A stretch of DNA of 64,000 bases from Candidatus Poriferisocius sp. (GTDB taxonomy: Bacteria > Actinomycetota > Acidimicrobiia > Acidimicrobiales > Bin134), in NCBI RefSeq assembly GCF_965208475.1, contig NZ_OZ242338.1, forward strand, positions 630,760 to 694,759. Reading direction: 5' to 3'. The notes under the pieces were generated by a model, which was not told where the DNA came from, made no database searches, and saw only the letters and a program-made list of their open reading frames with translations. The translations under genes were made by a program, and so were the position numbers. Shown here one piece after another: positions 55,480 through 64,000 of this stretch; position 1 is the stretch's first letter, and every line of letters begins with the position of its first letter.

Positions 55480-56869
55480 CGATCGCCCGCCTCAGCGCGG
55501 CCCCGTCGGTGGCAACCACCTCCACCGGACGGGGAAGGTCCCCGGGCCGGGTGCCGTCCAAGAACATCCCCTGTGAGAGGCACACGTCGGGCAGCAGGTA
55601 GCGGTGGCCCTCCGGCTGGTCGGCCAGCGTGCGGGCGATGTCGGCGCCCACCAGCAGCCCGGCCACCGCGGTGGTCCCGCCGAAGAACCGGTTCTCCACC
55701 GGCACCACCCTCACATCGCCGCGACCCGAAGAGTTCACCAGCGGGGCCAAAACCGCAGCCCCGTACTCCCCGGTGACCACCGCCACCGGAGTGCCCGGGC
55801 GGGGCCGAAGGCCGACGGGAACCGTCCCATCTCCCCTCGGGGCCCCGCAGGCCCCTCCATCCCCATCTCCCCTAGGGGCCCGGTAGCCGGCGGCCGGCGC
55901 CCCTTCAACCCAGGCGAAGAAGCCGGGCCGGGTCCCGGTCGTCTCCTGGGCCTGGCCCGAGAACTCCATTCGAAGGGTGGTCGCCATGCCCACCCCGTCC
56001 TCGTGCATGGAGAATCCCTCGTAGGCCTCGGGGCCGGGGAAGTCGACGCCGGCCAGCAGGTAGTACTCGTCGGCGGCGAACACCAGGCGGCGGCCCAGCA
56101 TCCCCTGGTTGATCCCCTGCCACTCGTGCACCGCCTCCACCACCGCCGCAGCCTCGGCCTCGGTGTGGGGCCTCAGCCGGGGCTCAGAGGTGTGGCGCGA
56201 CACCCCCAGCGGCACCACGCACACGCTGGCCAGCTCGGGGTACTCGTCGGCCACCCCGGCCAGGGTGTCCTCCAGCACGCCGCCGTCGTTCACGCCGGGG
56301 CACACCACCACCTGTCCGTTCACCTCGATGCCGTGGTCGAGCAGCGCCCGCAGCCAGCGCAGGCTGGTGGCTCCCCGTCGATTGCGGAGCATGGCGGCCC
56401 GCACATCGGGGTCGGTGGCGTGGATGCTCACGTTGAGCGGCGACAGCCGCTCGGCCACCACCCGCTCCAGGTCGGCTTCGGTGAAGCGGGTCAGGGTGGT
56501 GAAGTTCCCGTACAGAAACGAGAGCCGGTAGTCGTCGTCCTTCATGTACAAGCTGGGCCGCAGCCCCGGCGGAAGCTGGTAGATGAAGCAGAACTCGCAG
56601 TGGTTGTCGCAGGTGCGAACCCGGTCGAACAGCGCCGAGTCCACCTGCGCGCCCAGCGGCGCCCCGGCCTGTTTGTGTACCTCGAGCTCCAGCACCACCC
56701 CGTCGCGCCGCACGTCGAGGCTCAGCTCCGGCTCGTCCACCAGCATCTGGTACTCGATCACGTCGGTGGGAATGCGGCCGTTCACGGCCAAGAGCTCGTC
56801 GCCGGTCCGCAGGCCGAACCGCTCTGCCACCGACCCGACGGCGACAGCGGTGATCCGGGGAGCGGGCAT
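55472..56869 (-). CDS. PDZ + DUF512 radical-SAM-like protein
   Basis: N-terminal PDZ-like GLRTGDELLAVNG and a CDNHCEFCF cysteine cluster. Its position next to der is typical. Confidence 0.7.
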   Translation of the reverse strand: MPAPRITAVAVGSVAERFGLRTGDELLAVNGRIPTDVIEYQMLVDEPELSLDVRRDGVVLELEVHKQAGAPLGAQVDSALFDRVRTCDNHCEFCFIYQLPPGLRPSLYMKDDDYRLSFLYGNFTTLTRFTEADLERVVAERLSPLNVSIHATDPDVRAAMLRNRRGATSLRWLRALLDHGIEVNGQVVVCPGVNDGGVLEDTLAGVADEYPELASVCVVPLGVSRHTSEPRLRPHTEAEAAAVVEAVHEWQGINQGMLGRRLVFAADEYYLLAGVDFPGPEAYEGFSMHEDGVGMATTLRMEFSGQAQETTGTRPGFFAWVEGAPAAGYRAPRGDGDGGACGAPRGDGTVPVGLRPRPGTPVAVVTGEYGAAVLAPLVNSSGRGDVRVVPVENRFFGGTTAVAGLLVGADIARTLADQPEGHRYLLPDVCLSQGMFLDGTRPGDLPRPVEVVATDGAALRRAIDG

Positions 56870-56881
56870 GACAGGAATGAT

Positions 56882-56902
56882 ACGAGGCTGAGAAAGCCTC
56901 GT
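56882..56902. promoter_or_regulatory. inverted repeat ACGAGGCT-N5-AGCCTCGT in the divergent DUF512/ispH promoter region
   Basis: acgaggct gagaa agcctcgt. It is followed by TAAATT (56911-16), 6 nt, then the ispH ATG (56923), a leaderless arrangement. Confidence 0.3.
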
Positions 56903-56922
56903 CCGACCGCTAAATTGGCCTG

Positions 56923-57960
56923 ATGCACGTGGAGAAGGTGATCTTGGCCGCGCCCCGTGGATTCTGCGCCGGCGTGGAGATGGCCATCAAGGCGCTGGCC
57001 TGGCTGGTCCGCACCTTCGGCGGGCCGGTGTACTGCTACCACGAGATCGTCCACAACAAGCTGGTGGTCCGCCGCTTCGAGCAGCTCGGCGTGGTGTTCG
57101 TAGACGACATCTCCGAGGTGCCCCCCGGCTACCCGATCATGCTTTCGGCCCACGGCTCGGCCCCCGAGGTGGTGGCCGCCGCCACCGAGCAGGCCAGCTA
57201 CATGGTCGACGCGGTGTGCCCGCTGGTCACCAAGGTGCATCACGAGGTCAAGGTTCGGGCCAACAAGGGCTATCGCATCATCTATGTAGGCCACGAGGAC
57301 CACGAGGAGGCGGTGGGCACCATGGCCGTTGCGCCCAAGTCCATCCATCCGGTGGAGTGCACCGACGATGTGGAGGCGCTGCCCGATTTCGCCGAACCGG
57401 TGGCCCTTTTGGCCCAGACCACGCTGTCGCACCGCGACTGGGAAGGGGTGCTGTACGCGGCCCAAGACCGGTTTCCCGAGATGTGGACGCCGGGTCGCAG
57501 CGATCTGTGCTTCGCCACCACCAACCGTCAGGCCGCGCTGACTGCCATCGTCGGGCGGTGCAGCACGTTCGTGGTCGTCGGCTCGGCCAATTCCTCCAAC
57601 ACCCAGGCACTGGAGAAGCTGGCCCGAGAGCTGGGCTGCGAGAACGTGTACCGGGTGAACTGTGCCTCAGAGCTGCCCGACGACATCACCGGGGTGGTTG
57701 GGGTCACCGCGGGGGCGTCGGCCCCCGAGGAGCTGATCAACGAGGTGTTGGAGCGCCTGGCGCCGGAGCAGGGAATCGAGGAGGTCTCGGTCACCGGAGA
57801 AGACGAGTACTTCCCCCCGCCCCGAAACCTACGAGAGCTCATCGAGGCCTCCGGCTCGCTGGCCTCCTTCAGCCTGGGGGGAGCACCGTCGCCCGCCTCG
57901 ATGGTGGACCGCCATGTGGCGGCCAGCGACGTCCTCGACGTACTGATCGCCGGCCACTGA
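56923..57960 (+). CDS. ispH: 4-hydroxy-3-methylbut-2-enyl diphosphate reductase
   Basis: VILAAPRGFCAGVEMAI, SAHG, VCPLVTKVH, VGHEDHEE and SSNT motifs. Confidence 0.95.
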   Translation: MHVEKVILAAPRGFCAGVEMAIKALAWLVRTFGGPVYCYHEIVHNKLVVRRFEQLGVVFVDDISEVPPGYPIMLSAHGSAPEVVAAATEQASYMVDAVCPLVTKVHHEVKVRANKGYRIIYVGHEDHEEAVGTMAVAPKSIHPVECTDDVEALPDFAEPVALLAQTTLSHRDWEGVLYAAQDRFPEMWTPGRSDLCFATTNRQAALTAIVGRCSTFVVVGSANSSNTQALEKLARELGCENVYRVNCASELPDDITGVVGVTAGASAPEELINEVLERLAPEQGIEEVSVTGEDEYFPPPRNLRELIEASGSLASFSLGGAPSPASMVDRHVAASDVLDVLIAGH

Positions 57961-58018
57961 GCAGATCCCGAGCCCGATCCCATCACTGTCGAGTCCCCTT
58001 CCTGAGCCAAGGGGCTGT

Positions 58019-58771
58019 TCAGGCCTGCGGGCTGTCTCCGGGCCGCTCGACGGGGATGCCCAATTCTTGTTGCAGGTCGTCGAACATGCTCTGGAGAACC
58101 TCCCGCAGCTCCGCGGAGTACGCGATCAACGACTCCCGGCTCTGTCGACCCCGATCGTCAACCTCAGGTGGTGCAAGCGGCTCCCCCCACACAATCCGAA
58201 CAGTCCGGGGCCGAGGCATTCGCACGCCGATGCCCATGGCCCGCTCAGTGCCGCCGACGGCCACCGGCATCACCGGCACTTGGGCCTTGGCCGCCAGCCA
58301 GGCCACCCCGTCCAGCAGCGGATGGATGTGGACACCCGACTTGCGCTCACCCTCCGGGAACACCACCAGCGCCCTTTCGGCTTCCAGCACCGTCAGTGCG
58401 GCCTTCAGCGCGCTGCGGTCCACCATCTCCCGCCGCACGGGAAAAGCGCCCATGGTCACCAAGAACCGCGTGGTGATCGGGCCCCGGAACAGTCCGCTCT
58501 TGGCGAAATAGCGCAGCGGGCGACCGGCCGACGCCCCCACCAGCAGGGTGTCCAGGTTGGAGCGGTGGGTGGGGGCGATGATCACCCCGCCAGCCCGGGG
58601 CAGGTTGCGGCGTCCTCGGGCGTAGCACCGGAAGTACGCACCGAACACCGCTCGGGCCAGTCGCTGCACGAAGAAGTGAAACACCACTCCCGCCACCCGG
58701 CCCCTGACCTCTAGATCCTCAGGACGAAGCTCGACTCGCCTCATGCCACCCAGGCGATCATCGGGCGCCAC
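58019..58771 (-). CDS. plsC: 1-acyl-sn-glycerol-3-phosphate acyltransferase
   Basis: The HRSNLD (HX4D) motif and FPEGER motif. Confidence 0.85.
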   Translation of the reverse strand: MAPDDRLGGMRRVELRPEDLEVRGRVAGVVFHFFVQRLARAVFGAYFRCYARGRRNLPRAGGVIIAPTHRSNLDTLLVGASAGRPLRYFAKSGLFRGPITTRFLVTMGAFPVRREMVDRSALKAALTVLEAERALVVFPEGERKSGVHIHPLLDGVAWLAAKAQVPVMPVAVGGTERAMGIGVRMPRPRTVRIVWGEPLAPPEVDDRGRQSRESLIAYSAELREVLQSMFDDLQQELGIPVERPGDSPQA

Positions 58772-58778
58772 AGCAGCC

Positions 58779-59411
58779 TCATGCCAGCCAGGCGAGCAGC
58801 TTGTCCACCACCTCGTCTATGGCGAGGCGGGTGGTGTCGATGTGAACCGCGTCGGGAGCTTGGGCCAGCGGGTCGTGCTGGCGGGTGGAGTCGGCCGCGT
58901 CGCGGGCGGCCAGGTCGGCGGCCACCGTCTCGTAGTCGAGAGCGCTGACCTCGCCCGCCCGGCGCTCGGCCCTGACCTCGGCCGAGGCGCTCAAATACAC
59001 CTTCAGCTCGGCGTCGGGGAACACCACCGTGCCGATGTCCCGGCCCTCCAGCACGCCGCCGCCCCTCTCCACCGCCCAGGCCCGCTGGCGCACCCGCAGC
59101 ACCTCCCGCACCCCGGAGATGGCCGCCACCGTGCTCACCGACCGGGTCACCTCCGGGCCTCGGATCTGGGTGGTGGCATCCACTCCGTCCACGATGACCG
59201 CCGCGTCGTCGATGCGGATGTCGCTGGTTCGGGCCACCTCCACAATGGCCTCGGGATCCGCCAGGTCCACCTCTCGGGCCATCGCCGCGAACGCCACTGC
59301 CCGGTACATCGCCCCGGTGTCCAGGTACTCCAGCCCCAGCCGCTCGGCCAGCCGCCGGGCTACCGTGGATTTGCCCGACCCCGCCGGCCCGTCGATGGCA
59401 ATGACTCTCAT
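58779..59411 (-). CDS. cmk: cytidylate kinase
   Basis: MRVIAIDGPAGSGKSTVARRLAERLGLEYLDTGAMYRA. The alternative start at 59435 adds 8 aa. Confidence 0.9.
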   Translation of the reverse strand: MRVIAIDGPAGSGKSTVARRLAERLGLEYLDTGAMYRAVAFAAMAREVDLADPEAIVEVARTSDIRIDDAAVIVDGVDATTQIRGPEVTRSVSTVAAISGVREVLRVRQRAWAVERGGGVLEGRDIGTVVFPDAELKVYLSASAEVRAERRAGEVSALDYETVAADLAARDAADSTRQHDPLAQAPDAVHIDTTRLAIDEVVDKLLAWLA

Positions 59412-59457
59412 CTGGCCGTCCTCCCGCTCGCTCACCCGCGTCCCATCCCGATCACAC

Positions 59458-60738
59458 TCACGGCGCCCATCCTGTGGCGCGGCTCAGGTCGCGGGCAAAG
59501 CCCGGGTAGCTGGTGGCCGTTGCCTCGAATCCCTCTATGGTCACCGATCCGCAGCCCGCGGCCCCGGCAATGGCGGCGGACATGGCCATCCGGTGGTCTC
59601 CGCGAGCGTGTACCGTTCCGCCGCCCAGCCCTTGGGCCCGGCCCCCCCCGGCGATCACCAGCGTTTGGCCGTCTATCCGGCAATGTGCCCCCAACCCGGT
59701 GAGCATCTCGACGATGGCCGCGGCCCGGTCGCTCTCTTTCACCCGCAGCTCGCCGATGGCCTCGAACACGGTGACCCCGTCGGCCACCGCCGCGGCCACC
59801 GCCAACACGGGCACCTCGTCGATGCACCCCGGCAGTTCCTCGGCGGTCACCCGGGTGCCTTCTAGCTCGCTGGAACGGGCCTCGATATTGCCGGTGTCCG
59901 AGTCAACGGTGATGTCGGCCCCCATGCGGGCCAGCACCTCGAGGAACCCTCCCCGGGCCGGGCCGAGGTACACATTCTCCACAACGAGGTGGCTGGCTGG
60001 GGCCATGCACGCCCCAGCGAGCCAGAACGCGGCCTGCGACGGGTCGCCGGGTATGCCTATCGAGTTGGGCGGCGCCACCTCGCCGGGCCACACCGTCACC
60101 GATCCGCCCTCGCGCTCAACCCTCACCCCGGCGGCGGCCAGCATCTCCTCGGTGTGGGCCCGGGTGGGCGCCGGCTCGTGAACGGTTGTGGATCCTGTGG
60201 CCCGCAGGCCAGCCAGAAGCACCGCGCTCTTCACCTGGGCCGAGGCCACCGGAAGGGCGTATTCGATGCCCCGCAGCGGCCTGCCCTCCACGGTCAGCGG
60301 CGCCAGGGCGCCGCTCGCCCCGCGGCCCCGCACCGAAGCCCCCATAGCCGACAGCGGCTCGATGATCCGGCCCATGGGCCGTCGCCGGATGGAGGCGTCG
60401 CCGTCCAGGGTGGTGGTGAAGTCGTATCCGGCCACCAAACCGGCCAGCAGGCGGATGCCGGTGCCGGAGTTCCCGAGGTCGATGGGGTTGGGCGCCCCGT
60501 CCAGCCCGCCGGTAACGGTGACATCCCCCGATGCGTGGTCTTCGACCCGGGCGCCCAGAGCCTCCAGGGCGCTGCGGGTGCGGGTCACATCGTCGCCATC
60601 CGACAGGCCCCCGATGGTGCACGGCTGTCGGCCGAGCGCGGCGATCATCAGCGCCCGGTGCGAGATCGACTTGTCGCCGGGCACCCGCAGCCGGCCCGAA
60701 AAGCGCCGCGGCCCGCTCACGGTGATGGCGCTCACCAC
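59458..60738 (-). CDS. aroA: 3-phosphoshikimate 1-carboxyvinyltransferase (EPSP synthase)
   Basis: VPGDKSISHRALM, LGNSGTGIRLL and DHRMAMS motifs. 426 aa. Confidence 0.95.
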   Translation of the reverse strand: MVSAITVSGPRRFSGRLRVPGDKSISHRALMIAALGRQPCTIGGLSDGDDVTRTRSALEALGARVEDHASGDVTVTGGLDGAPNPIDLGNSGTGIRLLAGLVAGYDFTTTLDGDASIRRRPMGRIIEPLSAMGASVRGRGASGALAPLTVEGRPLRGIEYALPVASAQVKSAVLLAGLRATGSTTVHEPAPTRAHTEEMLAAAGVRVEREGGSVTVWPGEVAPPNSIGIPGDPSQAAFWLAGACMAPASHLVVENVYLGPARGGFLEVLARMGADITVDSDTGNIEARSSELEGTRVTAEELPGCIDEVPVLAVAAAVADGVTVFEAIGELRVKESDRAAAIVEMLTGLGAHCRIDGQTLVIAGGGRAQGLGGGTVHARGDHRMAMSAAIAGAAGCGSVTIEGFEATATSYPGFARDLSRATGWAP

Positions 60739-60805
60739 CGAACCCCCTCACCCCGGCAATTCCGGGACCTCCCGCTCCGACAAGCCGGCCAACCCCACCG
60801 CACCC

Positions 60806-61882
60806 TCACGACAAAACGCCCACCGTCGGGTTGTAGCCCTGCCGGCCCAGGGCCTCAGCCAGGCTGTCGGCCATCTCCTCGTTCACCACCAAAATGGCCA
60901 CGCCCTCGCCCCCCTCCACCGAGTGGGCGATCTCCAGGTCGTAGATGTTGGCCCCGACGTCGGTGGTCAGGCTGGTGATGCGGGCCAGCTCGCCGGGACG
61001 GTCGAAAACCCGCACCCGCACCTCGGCCAGCGTCACGTCCCGGTCCAAGCCCGACGGCAGATGCAGCCGGGCCGCCCGGGCCTGCTCCAACAGAGCCAGC
61101 AGCCCGCCCCGGTCGCCGCTGGACACCAGCGAGCGCACCTCGCCCAACGCGTCGATGAACCGGTCGAGCACCGAGCAGATGGCCTCGGCGTTCTCCTGGC
61201 AGATGTCGGGCCATATGCCGGGGTTACCGGAGGCGATGCGGGTCATGTCCCGGAATCCGCCTGCGGCCAGCCGCAGCATCGCCCGGTGCTCCTCGGAGCG
61301 TTCGTCGGCCATCGCCATGAGCGTGGCCGCGGTCAGGTGGGGAACGTGCGACACCACCGCCACCAGTGCGTCGTGGCGCTCGGGAGCCAGCGACACCACG
61401 TCGGCCCCCAGCGACGCCACCACCGAGCGGATCTGCACCAGGGCGCCGTCGTCGGTCTCCTCGGTGGGGGTGAGCACCCACACCGCGTTGGCGAACAGGT
61501 TGGCCCGGGCGCCGGCCACGCCCTCCTGCTCGCTGCCGGCCATGGGGTGACCGCCCACGAAACGGCGGTCGTCCACCGCGCCCACGATGGGCGCCTTCAC
61601 ACTGCCCACATCGGTTACCAGCCCCGCGCCCGCGTCCAGCGCCTTGCGGGCTTCGGCGGCGGCCGCCCCCACCGGGGTGGCCACAAACACGATGTCGGCA
61701 CCGGTCGGCGGCCCCACCGCGTCGAGAGCCCTTCGGCTCAATGCCTCGGCGGCCACCGACTCGTCCTGGTCGGTTCCCACCACCTGCCAGCCCCGCTCCC
61801 GCAGGGCCAGGCCTATGGAGGCCCCGATGAGCCCGGTGCCCACGATGGCGGCCCGCCGAGGGGCGTCGCCTCCTAGCGCCAC
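60806..61882 (-). CDS. tyrA: prephenate dehydrogenase with C-terminal ACT domain
   Basis: IVGTGLIGASIGLAL Rossmann motif, GGHPMAGSE, and a C-terminal ACT-like segment. Confidence 0.9.
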   Translation of the reverse strand: MALGGDAPRRAAIVGTGLIGASIGLALRERGWQVVGTDQDESVAAEALSRRALDAVGPPTGADIVFVATPVGAAAAEARKALDAGAGLVTDVGSVKAPIVGAVDDRRFVGGHPMAGSEQEGVAGARANLFANAVWVLTPTEETDDGALVQIRSVVASLGADVVSLAPERHDALVAVVSHVPHLTAATLMAMADERSEEHRAMLRLAAGGFRDMTRIASGNPGIWPDICQENAEAICSVLDRFIDALGEVRSLVSSGDRGGLLALLEQARAARLHLPSGLDRDVTLAEVRVRVFDRPGELARITSLTTDVGANIYDLEIAHSVEGGEGVAILVVNEEMADSLAEALGRQGYNPTVGVLS

Positions 61883-61928
61883 AGCCGCCCAGCCTCACGC
61901 CGCGCCATGGCCGCCCTGTTCGCCGGCA

Positions 61929-62297
61929 TCACTCGGGAAGGTCGTCGCGCAGGCCCTGGGCGCCTTCCAGGTAGATGTGGTGCAGCTCGTCGCGCCCCCG
62001 CGGGGTGGTGAGATGGATGAGCACCCGCAGACACCGCGGGGTTCCGCCGTCGATGTCCAGCTCCTGGGCGCACAGCAGCGGCACGTCGCCCAGGCCGAAC
62101 GCCCGGGCCGCGGCGGCCGGGAAGGCCGAGTTGATGTCTGAGGTGGCGGTGAACACGATGCTGATCAAGTCGTCGTGGGCGATTTCGTTGCGGTCGAAGA
62201 GCTCGGTCAAAAGAGCGATCATCCGCTTCTCGATCTGCTCGGCGGTGTCGACGTCGATGGTGGTGGCGCCCCGCAGGGCCCGCACGGCGCGGCTCAC
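61929..62297 (-). CDS. aroH: chorismate mutase, AroH class
   Basis: VRALRGATT...ISIVFTATSDINSAFPAAAAR...PRCLRVLIH. GTG at 62297 is preceded by TAGAAT and 7 nt. The ORF-track start at 62345 is less likely. Confidence 0.85.
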   Translation of the reverse strand: MSRAVRALRGATTIDVDTAEQIEKRMIALLTELFDRNEIAHDDLISIVFTATSDINSAFPAAAARAFGLGDVPLLCAQELDIDGGTPRCLRVLIHLTTPRGRDELHHIYLEGAQGLRDDLPE

Positions 62298-62387
62298 GCC
62301 CCAGATTCTACCGACCCCCGCCCCCGGCCCCGAACTCTGTTTCAACAGAGCCGCTGCTGGGGGCCCAGCACCGCATTTCGCCGGGGC

Positions 62388-63107
62388 TCAGCCCCCTTCG
62401 CGGCAGGCCCGCTCCAAAGTCCGCACTTCGCCGGGGTGCAGCTCCCGCCATTGGCCGGGGGGGAGCTTGCGGTCGGCCAGCGGGCCGATGCGGGTGCGCA
62501 CCAGGCGCAGCACCGGGTGGCCCACCGCCTCGCACATGCGGCGCACCAGGCGGTTGCGGCCCTCGTGGACCACGATGCGCACCACCGACGGCTCCGGCAG
62601 CGACACCGCGGCTGCCCGGGCAACCCCGTCGTCCAACTCCACACCCTCGCGCAGCCGCCTCAGCGCCCCCCGGCGGGGCCGGCCCTCCACCTGGGCCAGG
62701 TATTCCTTGTCCACCCCGAACGAGGGGTGGGCCAGCCGGTGGGCCAGCTCGCCGTCGTTGGTCAGCACCAGCAGGCCCTCGCTGTCGGCGTCGAGGCGCC
62801 CCACCGGGAAAACCCGGGGCTCCCCGGGCACCATCTCCACCACCGTGGGCCGCCCCTCGGGGTCCGACGCAGTGGTCACCACGCCCCGCGGCTTGTTCAA
62901 CAGGTAGTAAACCAGATCGGACGACAGCCCCACCGTTGCACCGTCCACCGCCACCGAATCGCGCTCTGGGTCGATCCGCTGGCCGAGGCGGGCCGGCTGC
63001 CCGTTCACGGTGATGCGGCCTTCGGCCACCATCTCCTCCACCGCTCGCCTGCTGGCCACCCCCGCCCGGGCCAGTACCTTCTGTATCCGCTCAGAGTCGC
63101 CCTCCAT
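62388..63107 (-). CDS. rluB: pseudouridine synthase (RsuA/RluB family) with S4 domain
   Basis: RIQKVLARAGVASRR S4 motif and the catalytic VGRLDADSEGLLVLTNDGELAHRL. Confidence 0.9.
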   Translation of the reverse strand: MEGDSERIQKVLARAGVASRRAVEEMVAEGRITVNGQPARLGQRIDPERDSVAVDGATVGLSSDLVYYLLNKPRGVVTTASDPEGRPTVVEMVPGEPRVFPVGRLDADSEGLLVLTNDGELAHRLAHPSFGVDKEYLAQVEGRPRRGALRRLREGVELDDGVARAAAVSLPEPSVVRIVVHEGRNRLVRRMCEAVGHPVLRLVRTRIGPLADRKLPPGQWRELHPGEVRTLERACREGG

Positions 63108-63167
63108 ACGGGGCTACCATGGCACGCACACCCGGATGCCGCCGAAGCATTTGGGCCAGACGAGCAT

Positions 63168-64000
63168 ATGGCTATGCAACCTTTCGCCGTATCCAGCCCC
63201 CGGATTTGGGCCGCACTGGGCGCCTTGGCGCTGTTGGCCGGGCTGTTAGCCCCGCCACCCGTCGCCAGGGCCCAGCCGAGTGTGCCCGCTGAGCCTGTGG
63301 GTGTGACGGCGACGCCGGGCGACCGGCAGGTCGCGCTGGCCTGGACCCCGGGCGACGACGGCGGCAGCACGATCATCCGGTACGAGTACACATTTGATGA
63401 GAACGGCGTGGCTGTGAACGTGTGGTACCCCGTTCCCGGGAGCAATCGCCGCACCACCAGCCACACCGTCACCGGCTTGACCAACGGCACCGCCTACCGG
63501 TTCCGCCTGCGAGCCGTCAACTACGAGGGCAACGGGGCCGTGGCCACCGCGGTGCTGCTGCCCGCCATACCGGCCACAACCCCGGCCCAGCCCATCGGAT
63601 TGAAGGCCACTCCGGGCAACTCCCAAGCCACGCTGACCTGGACTCCCGGATTTGACGGCGGTTCGCCGATCCTGCACTACGAAATCCGCCAGAGGGTCGG
63701 CGCCGGCGCCTACACCCCTTGGACCATCATCGTCGATTCCACTGCCGCCACCACCAGCCACACCGTTACCGGATTGACCAACGGCGTTACCTACCAATTC
63801 CAAGTCCGCGCGGTGAACGCCCAAGGGCCGGGAACTACCCAGCCGGAATCCTCCGAGCCGGAAGTCGCTGAGCCCGAAACGACTGGGCCGGAGACCGCCG
63901 AACCCGACACCGCCGAACCCGACACCGCCGAACCCGACACTGCCGACTCCGAAACGACTGGGCGAGAGACCGCCGAGCCCGACACTGCCGACTCCGAAAC
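63168..64000 (+). CDS. secreted protein with two fibronectin type III domains and an acidic tandem-repeat tail (runs off right edge)
   Basis: Absent from the ORF track because there is no stop in the window. My translation reads MAMQPFAVSSPRIWAALGALALLAGLLAPPPVARA (signal). Then two Fn3-like units: TATPGDRQVALAWTPGDDGGSTIIRYEY...TVTGLTNGTAYRFRLRAVN and KATPGNSQATLTWTPGFDGGSPILHYEI...TVTGLTNGVTYQFQVRAVN. Then PETAEPDTAEPDTAEPDTADSET repeats. Confidence 0.75.
   Translation, partial: MAMQPFAVSSPRIWAALGALALLAGLLAPPPVARAQPSVPAEPVGVTATPGDRQVALAWTPGDDGGSTIIRYEYTFDENGVAVNVWYPVPGSNRRTTSHTVTGLTNGTAYRFRLRAVNYEGNGAVATAVLLPAIPATTPAQPIGLKATPGNSQATLTWTPGFDGGSPILHYEIRQRVGAGAYTPWTIIVDSTAATTSHTVTGLTNGVTYQFQVRAVNAQGPGTTQPESSEPEVAEPETTGPETAEPDTAEPDTAEPDTADSETTGRETAEPDTADSE
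63860..64000 (+). repeat. in-frame 15-bp tandem repeats nested in a longer repeat, coding for an acidic E/P/D/T/A tail
   Basis: gccgaacccgacacc occurs x3 at 63897-63941. The longer unit ccgaaacgactgggc.gagaccgccga.cccgacac recurs at ~63873 and ~63949. Confidence 0.8.

Noticed and set aside
60188-61876. 562-aa plus-strand ORF across aroA/tyrA
   Set aside because: It is antisense to two genes with unambiguous EPSP synthase and prephenate dehydrogenase motifs, and its translation is low-complexity.
63860-64000. Tandem repeats at the right edge as a possible CRISPR array or minisatellite outside genes
   Set aside because: The units are 15 bp, contiguous without spacers and in frame with the Fn3 protein, so they are coding repeats. 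No cas genes are present.

Overview
This is a high-GC, actinobacterial-type chromosomal segment, about 70% GC in core genes by eye, densely coding on both strands. I support about 60 genes.

Core content:
- CoA-ester metabolism: three AMP-dependent ligases, a family III CoA transferase, a crotonase and an SDR.
- Scattered aromatic amino-acid genes: aroC, trpC, aroA, tyrA, aroH.
- A LIV-type ABC importer with unusual domain fusions.
- The conserved actinobacterial gcvT / MerR / bifunctional-nuclease / MerR / FHA / gcvH / CDP-alcohol phosphatidyltransferase neighbourhood.
- A CUT1-type sugar ABC system.
- A der / DUF512 / ispH / plsC / cmk housekeeping block.

Accessory or unusual content:
1. 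A lower-GC island starts directly after a tRNA-Pro(GGG) gene (about 36990-42529). It carries a translationally coupled operon: an AAA+/DUF4143 ATPase plus a 1384-aa NACHT-like STAND NTPase with a long helical region and a C-terminal PD-(D/E)xK nuclease-like motif. This is my best candidate for an undescribed NLR-type defence system.
2. A second lower-GC block (3904-9104) holds an SbcD-like/SbcC-like pair behind a RecA-NDp-like leaderless promoter, convergent with a second AAA+/DUF4143 ATPase.
3. Two tandem TlpA-like thioredoxin-fold lipoprotein genes each have an in-frame TGA exactly at the first Cys of the CXXC motif, followed by a hairpin. They are probable selenoproteins that the ORF track splits.
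4. A hicAB toxin-antitoxin pair sits next to an apparently truncated gene.
5. There is an MFS-LivF fusion and a LivH-LivM-LivG fusion.

Two edge-truncated genes are missing from the ORF track: 1-540 on the minus strand and 63168-64000 on the plus strand. I saw no rRNA, CRISPR array, transposase or integrase. All calls come from reading translations and motifs by eye. No database search was run.
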